Source: Lytechinus pictus
Taxonomy: Eukaryota
Assembly (NCBI RefSeq): GCF_037042905.1
Contig: NC_087252.1
Span: forward strand, 11,348,001 to 11,412,000
Length of the DNA: 64,000 nucleotides
Direction: 5' to 3'
The notes beneath the pieces were generated by a model that was given only the letters and a program-made list of their open reading frames with translations, had not been told where the DNA came from and did no database searches. A program made the position numbers and the translations under genes. Position 1 is the stretch's first letter, and the number at the start of each line of letters is the position of its first letter. This document shows positions 55,239 through 64,000 of the stretch, in pieces.

Positions 55239-57345
55239 TTGATCTTCATTAATCATTCCATCGATCTAGGGGTGAACATTGGTGCACAGAAAAGGGGGAC
55301 GGGGTCTACGGTGCCCCGAAAGGTGGGGGTGCATGCATTGACGAAAATACGGCGCCTGCTATTATGGCGTGCTATATTATGTACGTGTATTCCAACTATT
55401 CCACTTTGGTGGCCGGGGGCTGGTAAAAAAATTCGCCACTAATCGAAATCACCTTTTTATGTCTTGAAAATCAGCGAAATTGATCTTCATTAGTCATTCC
55501 ATCGATTTAGGGGTGAACATTGGTGCACAGAAAAGGAGGACGGGGTCTACGGTGCCCCGAAAGGTCGGGGTGCATTGCCGAAAATATCGCGCGAGCTGTT
55601 ATGGCGTGCTATATATTATGTACGTGTATTCCAACTATTCCACTTTGGTGGCCGGGGGCTGGTAATAAATTCGCCGCTATTCGAAATCCCCTTTTTATGT
55701 CTTGAAAATCAGCGAAATTGATCTTTATTAGTCATTCCATCGATTTAGGGGTGAACATTGGTGCACAGAAAAGGGGGACGGGGTCTACGATACCCCGAAA
55801 GGTAGGGGGGGCATGGACGAAAATGCTATGTATTATATACGTGTATTCCAACAATTCCAATTTGGTTTGGTAATAAATTCGCCGCTAATCGAAATCACCT
55901 TTTTATGTCTTGAAAATGAAACAAATTGATCTTCATTAATCACTCCATCGATCTAGGGGTGAAGATTGGTGCACAGAAAAGGGGGACGGGGTCTACGATG
56001 CCCCAAAAGGTGGGGGTGCATTGACGAAAATACGGCGCCTGCTATTATGGCGTGCTATATTATGTACGTGTATTCCAACAATTCCACTTTGGTCTGGTAA
56101 TAAATTCGCCGCTAATTGAAATCACCTTTTTATGTCTTGAAAATCAGCGAAATTGATCTTCATTAGTCATTCCATTGATTTAGGGGTGAACATTGGTGCA
56201 CAGAAAAGGGGGACGGGGTCTACGGTGCCCCGAAAGGTCGGGGTGCATTGCCGAAAATATCGCGCGAGCTGTTATGGCGTGCTATATATTATGTACGTGT
56301 ATTCCAACTATTCCACTTTGGTGGCCGGGGGCTGGTAATAAATTCGCCGCTAATTGAAATCACCTTTTTATGTCTTGAAAATCAGCGAAATTGATCTTTA
56401 TTAGTCATTCCATCGATTTAGGGGTGAACATTGGTGCACAGAAAAGGGGGACGGGGTCTACGATGCCCCGAAAGGTAGGGGGGGGGGCATGGACGAAAAT
56501 GCTATGTATTATATACGTGTATTCCAACAATTCCACTTTGGTTTGGTAATAAATTCGCCGCTAATCGAAATCACCTTTTTATGTCTTGAAAATGAATCAA
56601 ATTGATCTTCATTAATCACTCCATCGATCTAGGGGTGAACATTGGTACACAGAAAAGGGGGACGGGGTCTACGATGCCCCGAAAGGTGGGGGCGTGCATT
56701 GACGAAAATACGGCGCCTGCTATTATGGCGTGCTATATTATGTACGTGTATTCCAACAATTCCACTTTGGTCTGGTAATAAATTCGCCGCTAATCGAAAT
56801 CACCTTTTTATGTCTTGAAAATCAGCGAAATTGATCTTTATTAGTCATTCCATCGATCTAGGGGTGAACATTGGTGCACAGAAAAGGGGGACGGGGTCTA
56901 CGATGCCCCGAAAGGTAGGGGGTGCATGGACGAAAATGCTATGTTTTATATACGTGTATTCCAACAATTCCACTTTGGTTTGGTAATAAATTCGCCGCTA
57001 ATCGAAATCACCTTTTTATGTCTTGGAAATGAACCAAATTGATCTTCATTAATCACTCCATCGATCTAGGGGTGAACATTGGTGCACAGAAAAGGGGGAC
57101 GGGGTCTCCGATGCCCCGAAATGAGGGGGGTGCGTCGATCAAAACATAGCGCGTGCTATGTGTATTCCAAAAATTCCATATTGGTTTGGAAATAAATTCG
57201 CCGCTAATCGAAATAACCATTCCATGTCTTGAAAATCAACCAAATTGATCTTTACTAATCACTCCATCGATCTAGGGGTGAACAGTGGTGCACAGAAAAG
57301 GGGGACGGGGTCTAAGATTTCTCGAAACGCAGGGGATGCATGGAT
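55239..57345 (+). repeat. Diverged terminal monomers of the satellite
   Basis: Monomers start at 55239, 55480, 55718, 55926, 56153, 56391, 56602, 56831, 57039 and 57245 with rising mismatch density. A distinct internal block GACGAAAATACGGCGCCTGCTATTATGG appears near 55340, 56023 and 56701. Confidence 0.92.
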
Positions 57346-57465
57346 CAAGGTCGTTCAGTATGTAATTTTTATTCAATGTGATGTGGCTCTGCCCCCCCCC
57401 CCCTGGTTCAAGGCCCATGTGAGAGGGACTGATCCTTCACATAAAATCATTAATTGATGCATTTT

Positions 57466-57700
57466 TTAAAGGGAATATTCAAAAATATATTGATACATAT
57501 AGGAAACTTAGAAAACATAAAATGGATTCATCCTCCGCGTTGGGAATAATATAGTTATCAATTAGAGTTAAATTTACAAAGGAGAATACGGAAGCAATCA
57601 TCAAAATCTGATAATAAATATTGAAGTCAGCAGTATTTTGTGAAAATAAAATGCACGCAGTCATGACTATCCATTTGAAGTGATTATGATTTCGATTGTG
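57466..57700 (+). mobile_element. Decayed arm of a TTAA-flanked non-autonomous DNA transposon (Kolobok-like MITE)
   Basis: Begins TTAAAGGG. The block at 57563-57626 (AGAGTTAAATTTACAA...TCATCAAAATCTGATAATAAATATTGAAGT) resembles 61110-61173 (AGAGTAAAATTCACAA...TCATCAGAATCGGATAACAAATAATGAAGT). Family assignment is from recall and boundaries are approximate. Confidence 0.4.
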
Positions 57701-58362
57701 TTCCAACTTTCGTCTTGCTTATATAAAATGTTCTTACATGAATCATTTTTTTAATCATGTAATGTCTCTTATATCAAAATAATGTCCATTAATGAACAAA
57801 TGCTTTAAATATTTTTGATGCAATATTTTTAATTCTAGGAGGAGGAACTTTGAATAATCATGATTTCTTATGATTAAAAAAGTGGGAATAAGTATACAGA
57901 AGAGATTACTTTTCTCCATTGAATGTTAAAAAAGAAATGCATATAGAACTGTCCGAAATGCGGATCTTTAAAATATCATAACTCTGTTATCCTTGTCCGA
58001 TATTGTTTTACCAACTTTGTTTGATCCCGTGTTTGATTCTTCTTGATCTGTATTATTTTCAGCTGCACTGCATATGCCATTGCCATGTCATATATACTCC
58101 ATTCAATTCTTTATGATTGTAATCAAATGTTATCAGTCATATATGATATACTAATATTTGAAGCAATCTTAATGTGGAATAATGCATAACGAAAATTCCA
58201 TATTTTCAATCACGGTAAGTTTGGGTAACTATGCCTTTTAACTAAATACTATTCCGTGCGCATTATGACAATATTCGAGACGTTTGTGAATTTAAGCTGT
58301 ATTTAGGGTCTGCAACTAATAGACTACGCACACGTTGCTGGGCGTTTTGTATCGCGATAGCT

Positions 58363-58429
58363 CTGTGCGCTGGGTTTGTTCGCTGGCTTGCTGCACTATA
58401 TTCTGTGCGCTGGGTTTGTGCGCTGGCTT
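58363..58429 (+). repeat. Short direct repeat, two 27-bp copies 40 bp apart
   Basis: TCTGTGCGCTGGGTTTGTTCGCTGGCT and TCTGTGCGCTGGGTTTGTGCGCTGGCT, one mismatch. Confidence 0.85.
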
Positions 58430-59518
58430 CAGCCTGGTCTCGCTCCGATGCTATACCCGCACATATTCAAGTGCTGAGTGTACTGCGGTTTTACGCTGTT
58501 GGTGAGTATTTTTATAGTACCTTTAGTTAAATTGTACCGTTTAAAAACAAAGCAATCCGCAATTTTTACGAGGTTTTTTTTAGTACAGTTGATTCTTTCC
58601 TTTTGCTTCGTAGTCTTACTGTCCACACAGACAGTCGCGAGTCATGTGTTCAGATTGCTGGCGGTCAGGCTCACGTCCCGTTAAAGACAGCATGTTAGCC
58701 ATTCTCTGATTGGTCAATTAAGGAAGTCCGTTACTGTGTGTGTGTTACGTGCAGTCTATGTAGTGGGCTCGAGTGGGCTATGTGGCCGTACGCTCACTAT
58801 CGTTCGTTTACGACTAATGAGTAATATTATATAGATTCTTGCGAATTAATTTCAGTTGATTTATGGGTTAAAACACATGTAGATCTATTTAATGTTGACG
58901 ATATCGTGAACAACAGAGAATCAATGAACCCGAAACAGAACAAATAATTATGCACTGTCATTAGTACAGAGCTAGCAATACTCGTTAGAGGTGTGCGCGC
59001 GTACGAAGTTAGATGCAAGACCAGTCGTTTTTCGAAAATGGAACAGTGCAATTACCACAATTATCATAAATTCAAGGGACGCGAGCGCGAGTTCTGCAGC
59101 ATACCATACGTGGAGTTGAAATTTGAAAACATATCAACAACATCAACTCGTAGATTTTATTTCCCCATTATAAAAGCATCTATAAGTCTAATTTAATATG
59201 ATTTCATGAAATTACAATTTACAATTATTTTTTACTTGGTGGAAGTTTCAATGCACTAAGAGTTAGAAAAACGAAACATTTTAATTTTAGGGTAGGGTAG
59301 ATAGGATTATTTAATTTTGTAAAAATATTTTCATCATGATAATCTTTAATATACAAGGCAAAAAGTGTTATAGTAGGCCCTAAATATTGTAATAGAATTT
59401 CAAATACAAAAATGAAAATACATTTAATAAATTTCATAAAGCCATTGCAAAACATGATTTTTTTTGGAGGAAAATTTAGACATCTACAGAAGTTTGCATA
59501 ACCTGTTAATAATTTATG

Positions 59519-60750
59519 TATATGTCATGAAAATGGCAACACGGCTGTCTCTAAATGTCATATAAACTATATGTCAAGAAAATGGCAACACGGCTGTCTC
59601 TAATTGTCATATAAACTATATGTCATGTAAATGGCAACACAGCTGTCTCTAATTGTCATATACACTATATGTCAAGAAAATGGCAACACGGCTGTCTCTA
59701 ATTGCCTCATATACACTATAATGTCAAGAAAATGGCAACACGGCTGTCTCTAATTGTCATATACACTATATGTCAAGAAAATGGCAACACGGCTGTCTCT
59801 AATTGTCATATAAACTATATGTCAATAAAATGGCAACACGGCTGTCTCTAATTGTCATATAAACTATATGTCAATAAAATGGCAACACGGCTGTCTCTAA
59901 TTGTCATATAAACTATATGTCATGTAAATGGCAACACAGCTGTCTCTAATTGTCATATACACTATATGTCAAGAAAATGGCAACACGGCTGTCTCTAATT
60001 GTCATATACACTATATGTCAAGAAAATGGCAACACGGCTGTCTCTAATTGCCTCATATACACTATATGTCAAGAAAATGGCAACACGGCTGTCTCTAATT
60101 GTCATATAAACTATATGTCAAGAAAATGGCAACACGGCTGTCTCTAATTGTCATATAAACTATATGTCATGTAAATGGCAACACAGCTGTCTCTAATTGT
60201 CATATACACTATATGTCAAGAAAATGGCAACACGGCTGTCTCTAATTGCCTCATATACACTATATGTCAAGAAAATGGCAACACGGCTGTCTCTAATTGT
60301 CATATAAACTATATGTCATGTAAATGGCAACACAGCTGTCTCTAATTGTCATATACACTATATGTCAAGAAAATGGCAACACGGCTGTCTCTAATTGCCT
60401 CATATACACTATATGTCAAGAAAATGGCAACACGGCTGTCTCTAATTGTCATATAAACTATATGTCAAGAAAATGGCAACACGGCTGTCTCTAATTGTCA
60501 TATAAACTATATGTCAATAAAATGGCAACACGGCTGTCTCTAATTGTCATATAAACTATATGTCAAGAAAATGGCAACACGGCTGTCTCTAATTGTCATA
60601 TAAACTATGTCATGAAAATGGCAACACGGCTGTCTCTAATTGTCATATAAACTATATGTCAAGAAAATGGCAACACGGCTGTCTCTAATTGTCATATAAA
60701 CTATATGTCATGAAAATGGCAACACAGCGGTCTCTATTATGCTTTATACA
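59519..60750 (+). repeat. 49-bp minisatellite, 25 copies
   Basis: Consensus ATATGTCAAGAAAATGGCAACACGGCTGTCTCTAATTGTCATATAAACT; 25 occurrences of ATGGCAACAC counted between 59533 and about 60725. Confidence 0.97.
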
Positions 60751-60751
60751 C

Positions 60752-60779
60752 TATTTTTTGAAGTGGACTTGTCCTTTAA
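60752..60779 (+). mobile_element. Possible terminal remnant of a TTAA-type MITE
   Basis: TTTTTTGAAGTGGACTTGTCCTTTAA ends in CCT+TTAA, the mirror of TTAA+AGG termini. Very short, so weak support. Confidence 0.35.
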
Positions 60780-61069
60780 GTAGTCAATTGATGGCTTTCA
60801 ACCAGGATTATCTATTGTTAATTCCTACCCCAAAGCAGGATATAAAGCTGAATGTACTATAGTCCTTGAAGTGCTAATTGGTTTTCTGCTAAAAGTAATC
60901 CCTCTTTTGATACTAGAAATACTCGTTGTAATGAATTTGGGTTTGCAAAGTATAGAATTACCGTGAAGAGACTGCCTATATAATAATTACTGTTGAAGAT
61001 ACTAATATCTCAAATTCATTAGTATCATAACCGCGTTTCAATTTGCATGGCAATTATAGTCAATATAAC

Positions 61070-61399
61070 ATGAAAGGATGCTCCCGGCTGAAGATATATC
61101 TAAATAAGTAGAGTAAAATTCACAACCTAGAGCAAAATGCTTTTTCATCAGAATCGGATAACAAATAATGAAGTTCTTGAATTTTAAAATTTAGCAATAT
61201 AGTGATATGCACTTCGTCATAAATAGGCCTATTTATTATGTGGGCTGTGGATATGATGTCACATCCCTACTTTTCGTTTTCTTATTACTTGAAATCATAA
61301 TTGCTTCTATAATTTTTCATCCATGTGTAAATGATGCGTCTCCATTTGATGAAAATAAGTTCCAGCAATTAATAAATTAATGCACTTAATCAGTTGTCA
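61070..61399 (+). mobile_element. Decayed, truncated arm of a TTAA-type MITE related to 57466-57700
   Basis: Starts TGAAAGGATGCTCCCGGCTGAA (degenerate TTAAAGG), shares the TCATCA.AATC.GATAA.AAATA block with 57598-57620, and stops where the inverted minisatellite begins. Confidence 0.45.
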
Positions 61400-61402
61400 G
61401 CA

Positions 61403-61842
61403 GTGTTGCCATTTTCATGACATATAGACATTTAGAGACAGCCCTGTTGCCATTTTCATGACATATATAGTCTATATGACATTTAGAGACAGCCGTGTTG
61501 CCATTTTCATGACATATTAGTCTATATAACATAGAGACAGCCGTGTTGCAATTTTCATGACATATAGTTTATATGACAATTAGAGACAGCCGTGTTGCCA
61601 TTTTCTTGACATAGTGTATAAAGCATTTAGAGACAGCTGTGTTGCCATTTTCATGACATATAGTCTATGACATTTAGAGACAGCCCTGTTGCCATTTTGT
61701 CTATTTAATGACAGCTGTGTTGCCATTTTCATAACATATATTATTATGACATTTAGAGACAGCCGCGTTGCCATATTTTCATGACATATAGGCCTAGTCG
61801 ATATATATGCACTTTTAGAGACAGCCGTGTTGCCATTTTCAT
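61403..61842 (-). repeat. Degenerate reverse-complement copies of the 49-bp minisatellite (~10 units)
   Basis: Repeated AGAGACAGCCGTGTTGCCATTTTCATGACATATAG is the reverse complement of the 59519-60750 unit. Unit lengths are irregular (about 31-60 bp). Confidence 0.93.
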
Positions 61843-61942
61843 AGTTAAGAGTCATATATTATAATATAATCTTCAGTTTATGCACTATATGTTTACCTCA
61901 TAAGTAGCATATTTAAGTCTATCACTATAAAACGGTCCATTT

Positions 61943-62330
61943 TCCCATTGCACATCATGTTTTAATAACATTTCGAAAAGGTCTCATTTATGTTTTCCAA
62001 ATAATGTTTTGTAATAACGTTTTTATAACATTAATAAAACATTTTAATCATACGCTTAATATTTGAATAATGTTTTGACAAAAAATTGTTTATGCTAAAA
62101 GAAAATAGTGTTTTTGAAACATCGTTATAACGTTTCCCAAAAAGCAAAAAACGTTTTAATAACATTTTAAAACTATTATTGCTAAACATTATATAAAAAA
62201 AAGTTTCTTTATAACCATACATAGATATAACCATACATTTTGACATTTAAAAAAAGTTTTCATAGCATTTACCTATAATATATAATATATTAATGTTATA
62301 ATATTCTTAGAATGTTTTTGTGCTAGCTGG
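61943..62330. mobile_element. AT-rich degenerate repeat, possibly a decayed MITE with AAAACGTT/AAAACATT subterminal motifs
   Basis: Many AACGTTT/AACATTT/ATGTTTT motifs in both orientations; right end GTTTTTGTGCTAGCTGG; only a poorly matching left end. Confidence 0.3.
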
Positions 62331-62481
62331 TTTTATCTTCTCCATGCATTTCGATCTCTATTTGATATGCGGTACTTTTTATATAGGTGTGTTATTTATT
62401 AGATTCTCATATTTTATCAATATCGCGAATTACCATCAAGGTTTTAGAAGATAGTGTATCTGATATAGATTTTTTTTAAAC

Positions 62482-63026
62482 TTACCGTCATTGTCATATG
62501 AAAGCAAAACAAATTGTGAAGGGAAAGTTTATGAAGGAGAATGTTTTACAGTCCTTAAAGGAATGAAACAAAATAAATCACCAGGGAATGACGGACTGAC
62601 CGTATAGTTTTTTTTACTACATTCTGGACAGAAATAAAAGATACATTACTAGGGGCCTTTAACAAGGCTTTTTAAACAGGAGAACTAACTGCATCACAAA
62701 AACAAGCTGTGGTCATTCTGATTGCCAAAGATGGGAAGGACCCTCATTTACTTAAGAATTACAGGCCAATATCATTATTACATATTGATTATAAAATTCT
62801 ATCTACAGTCTTGGCAACAAGATTAAAAGATGTTTTAGAAGACATTAGTTCAGTAGATCAAATATGTTTTATGAACGGGAGAACTATTGGAGAAGCAATC
62901 AGAATACTATACGACGTAATATTCCATGCGACAAAAAATGACTTACCAGGGTATATGGTAGCAATTGATTTTCAAAAGGCTTTTAATTCGGTGTCCCACG
63001 ATTTTCTTAATAAAATATTACATTTT
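62482..63026 (+). pseudogene. Inactivated non-LTR retrotransposon (LINE, L1/Tx1-like) ORF2 fragment, N-terminal reverse-transcriptase region
   Basis: Manual translation gives LPSLS...LKGMKQNKSPGNDGLTV* (TAG 62605-62607), a frameshift in the T8 run, then FWTEIKD...KAF* (TAA 62673-62675) and TGELTASQKQAVVILIAKDGKDP..KNYRPISLLHIDYKIL...DQICFMNGR...IDFQKAFNSVSHDFL. KSPGxDG, NYRPISLL, DQxxF and IDFxKAF are canonical LINE RT motifs. Homology may extend ~80 bp further 5'. Confidence 0.93.
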
Positions 63027-63072
63027 TGTCTCACCTGCATAGCAGAGTGAGACTATAGGCGCCGCTTTTCCG

Positions 63073-63073
<1 letters not shown>

Positions 63074-63115
<42 letters not shown>

Positions 63116-63123
63116 CGGCGGCG
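63074..63123 (+). repeat. (GGC)n microsatellite, ~16 units with one GAC interruption
   Basis: Read directly; sits at the microsatellite position typical of HINE-type elements. Confidence 0.97.
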
Positions 63124-63125
63124 TC

Positions 63126-63930
63126 AACACCAAATCTTAACCTGAGGTTAAGTTTTTGAAATGACAGCATAACTTAGAAAGTATATGGACCTAGTTCATG
63201 AAACTTGGCCATAAGGTTAATCAAGTATTACTGAACATCCTGCCTGAGTTTCATGTCACATGACCAAGGTCAAAGGTCATTTAGGGTCAATGAACTTAGA
63301 CCATGTTGGGGGAATCAACATCAAAATCTTAACCTAAGGTTAAGTTTTTGAAATGTCATCATAACTTAGAAAATATATGGACCTAGTTCATGAAACTTAT
63401 ACATAAGGTTAATCAAGTATCACTGAACATCCTGCATGAGTTTCACGTCACATGACCAAGGTCAAAGGTCATTTAGGGTCAATGAACTTTGGCCGAATTG
63501 GGGGTATCTGTTGAATTACCATCATAACTTTGAAAGTTTATGGATCTGATTCATGAAACTTGGACATAATAGTAATCAAGTATTACTGAACATCCTGTGC
63601 AAGTTTCAGGTCACATGATCAAGGTCAAAGGTCATTTAGGGTCAATGAACTTTGGCCAAATTGGGGTATTTGTTGAATTACAGCCATAAATTTGAAAGTG
63701 TGTTGGTCTAGTTCATAAAACTTGGACATAATAGTAATCAAGTATCACTGAACATCCTGTGCGAGTTTCAGGTCACATGATCAAGGTCAAAGGTCATGTA
63801 AGGTCAAAGAACTTTGGCCACGTTGGGGGTATTTGTTGAATTGCCATCATATCTCTATAAGTGTATTGGTCTAGTTCATAAAACGTGGAAATAAGAGTAA
63901 CCAAGTATCACTGAACATCTTGTGCGAGTT
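63126..63930 (+). repeat. Internal tandem array of the HINE-like element, ~5 diverged units of 162-192 bp
   Basis: AGGTCAAAGGTCA at 63267, 63459, 63622 and 63784 (steps 192, 163, 162); ACTGAACATC occurs five times, the last at 63910. Confidence 0.92.
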
Positions 63931-64000
63931 ATAGTAGTTTTCAAAATCAGCACTGCTGCTATATTGAATCGCGTGATGCAGGTGAGACGGCCAGAGGCAT

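Larger units (their letters stand above)
1..57345 (+). repeat. Tandem satellite DNA array, ~250 head-to-tail monomers of 208/229/238 bp, organised in higher-order repeats; open at the left window edge
   Basis: Near-invariant blocks such as GGGGTGAACATTGGTGCACAGAAAAGGGGGACGGGGTCTACG and GGTAATAAATTCGCCGCTAATCGAAATCA recur throughout. Monomer starts (TTGATCTT) at 157, 395, 633, 871, 1079, 1308 and 1537 give lengths 238, 238, 238, 208, 229, 229. No inversion or foreign insertion was seen. The last truncated monomer starts at 57245. Confidence 0.99.
63023..64000 (+). mobile_element. Non-autonomous HINE/DINE-1/Tsp/pearl-like (Helentron-associated) element with internal tandem repeats; 3' end runs slightly past the window
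   Basis: T-run start; 13-bp subterminal inverted repeat GTCTCACCTGCAT (63028-63040) / ATGCAGGTGAGAC (63976-63988); 5' partial inverted repeat GCAGAGTGAGAC (63042-63053); (GGC)n microsatellite; central ~162-192-bp tandem units; short 3' hairpin GCC-AGA-GGC (63990-63998). Confidence 0.82.

Noticed and set aside
1..57345. CRISPR or CRISPR-like array
   Set aside because: There are no unique spacers; variable segments are a few recurrent alleles. No cas genes are present and the flank is eukaryotic.
1..57345. Ribozyme-bearing satellite (hammerhead or HDV-like)
   Set aside because: No CTGANGA core on either strand of the monomer and no HDV-like P1/P3/L3 arrangement by eye. An Infernal/Rfam scan would be decisive.
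1..57345. Tandem 5S rRNA, tRNA, snRNA or spliced-leader gene array
   Set aside because: No recognisable 5S sequence, cloverleaf, A/B boxes or snRNA sequence in the monomer.
57380..57420. C-run with CTGGTTCAAGGCCCATG as a transposon terminus at the array junction
   Set aside because: No partner end or TSD was found in the window; too short to call.
157..57457. Hundreds of 61-aa ORFs (MIFI... and MVHRK...) as a multicopy peptide gene family
   Set aside because: They start at TTG, overlap in two frames, have no recognisable domain and are truncated or frameshifted in D and E monomers. They are chance open frames multiplied by the repeat.
57479..62246. Short ORFs of 65-91 aa in the flank
   Set aside because: They lie in AT-rich, MITE-like or minisatellite sequence and show no recognisable protein motifs.
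62709..63050. Functional reverse transcriptase, retron or DGR-type system linked to the array
   Set aside because: Motifs are LINE-type; the fragment has two stops and a frameshift upstream, ends before the catalytic YxDD motif, and shares no visible sequence with the satellite.

Overview
This is eukaryotic, gene-free repetitive DNA. Positions 1-57,345 are the right-hand end of a large tandem satellite array of about 250 monomers in three length classes (238, 229 and 208 bp); the window opens mid-monomer, so the array continues to the left. The monomers form higher-order repeats (HORs) that change along the array: a 1,151-bp 5-mer (A-B-C-D-E), then an alternating 2,064-bp 9-mer, then a dominant 913-bp 4-mer (A-B-D-E), and finally a diverged edge with a different monomer (F) in F-C-D order. 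Private variants reveal nested duplications of 1,829, 2,272, 2,510, 2,739 and 10,260 bp plus short conversion tracts. All ~61-aa ORFs in the track are by-products of the repeat. The 6.6-kb flank holds decayed TTAA-type MITE-like fragments, a 49-bp minisatellite (25 copies) facing an inverted degenerate copy of itself, and a dead L1/Tx1-type LINE reverse-transcriptase fragment. That fragment is interrupted by a HINE/DINE-1/Tsp-like non-autonomous element. The flank repeats recall an invertebrate, possibly sea urchin, genome (inference from recall, not tested). I found no protein-coding system, CRISPR array or recognisable RNA gene. The interesting content is the satellite architecture and its mutational history, all read by eye.
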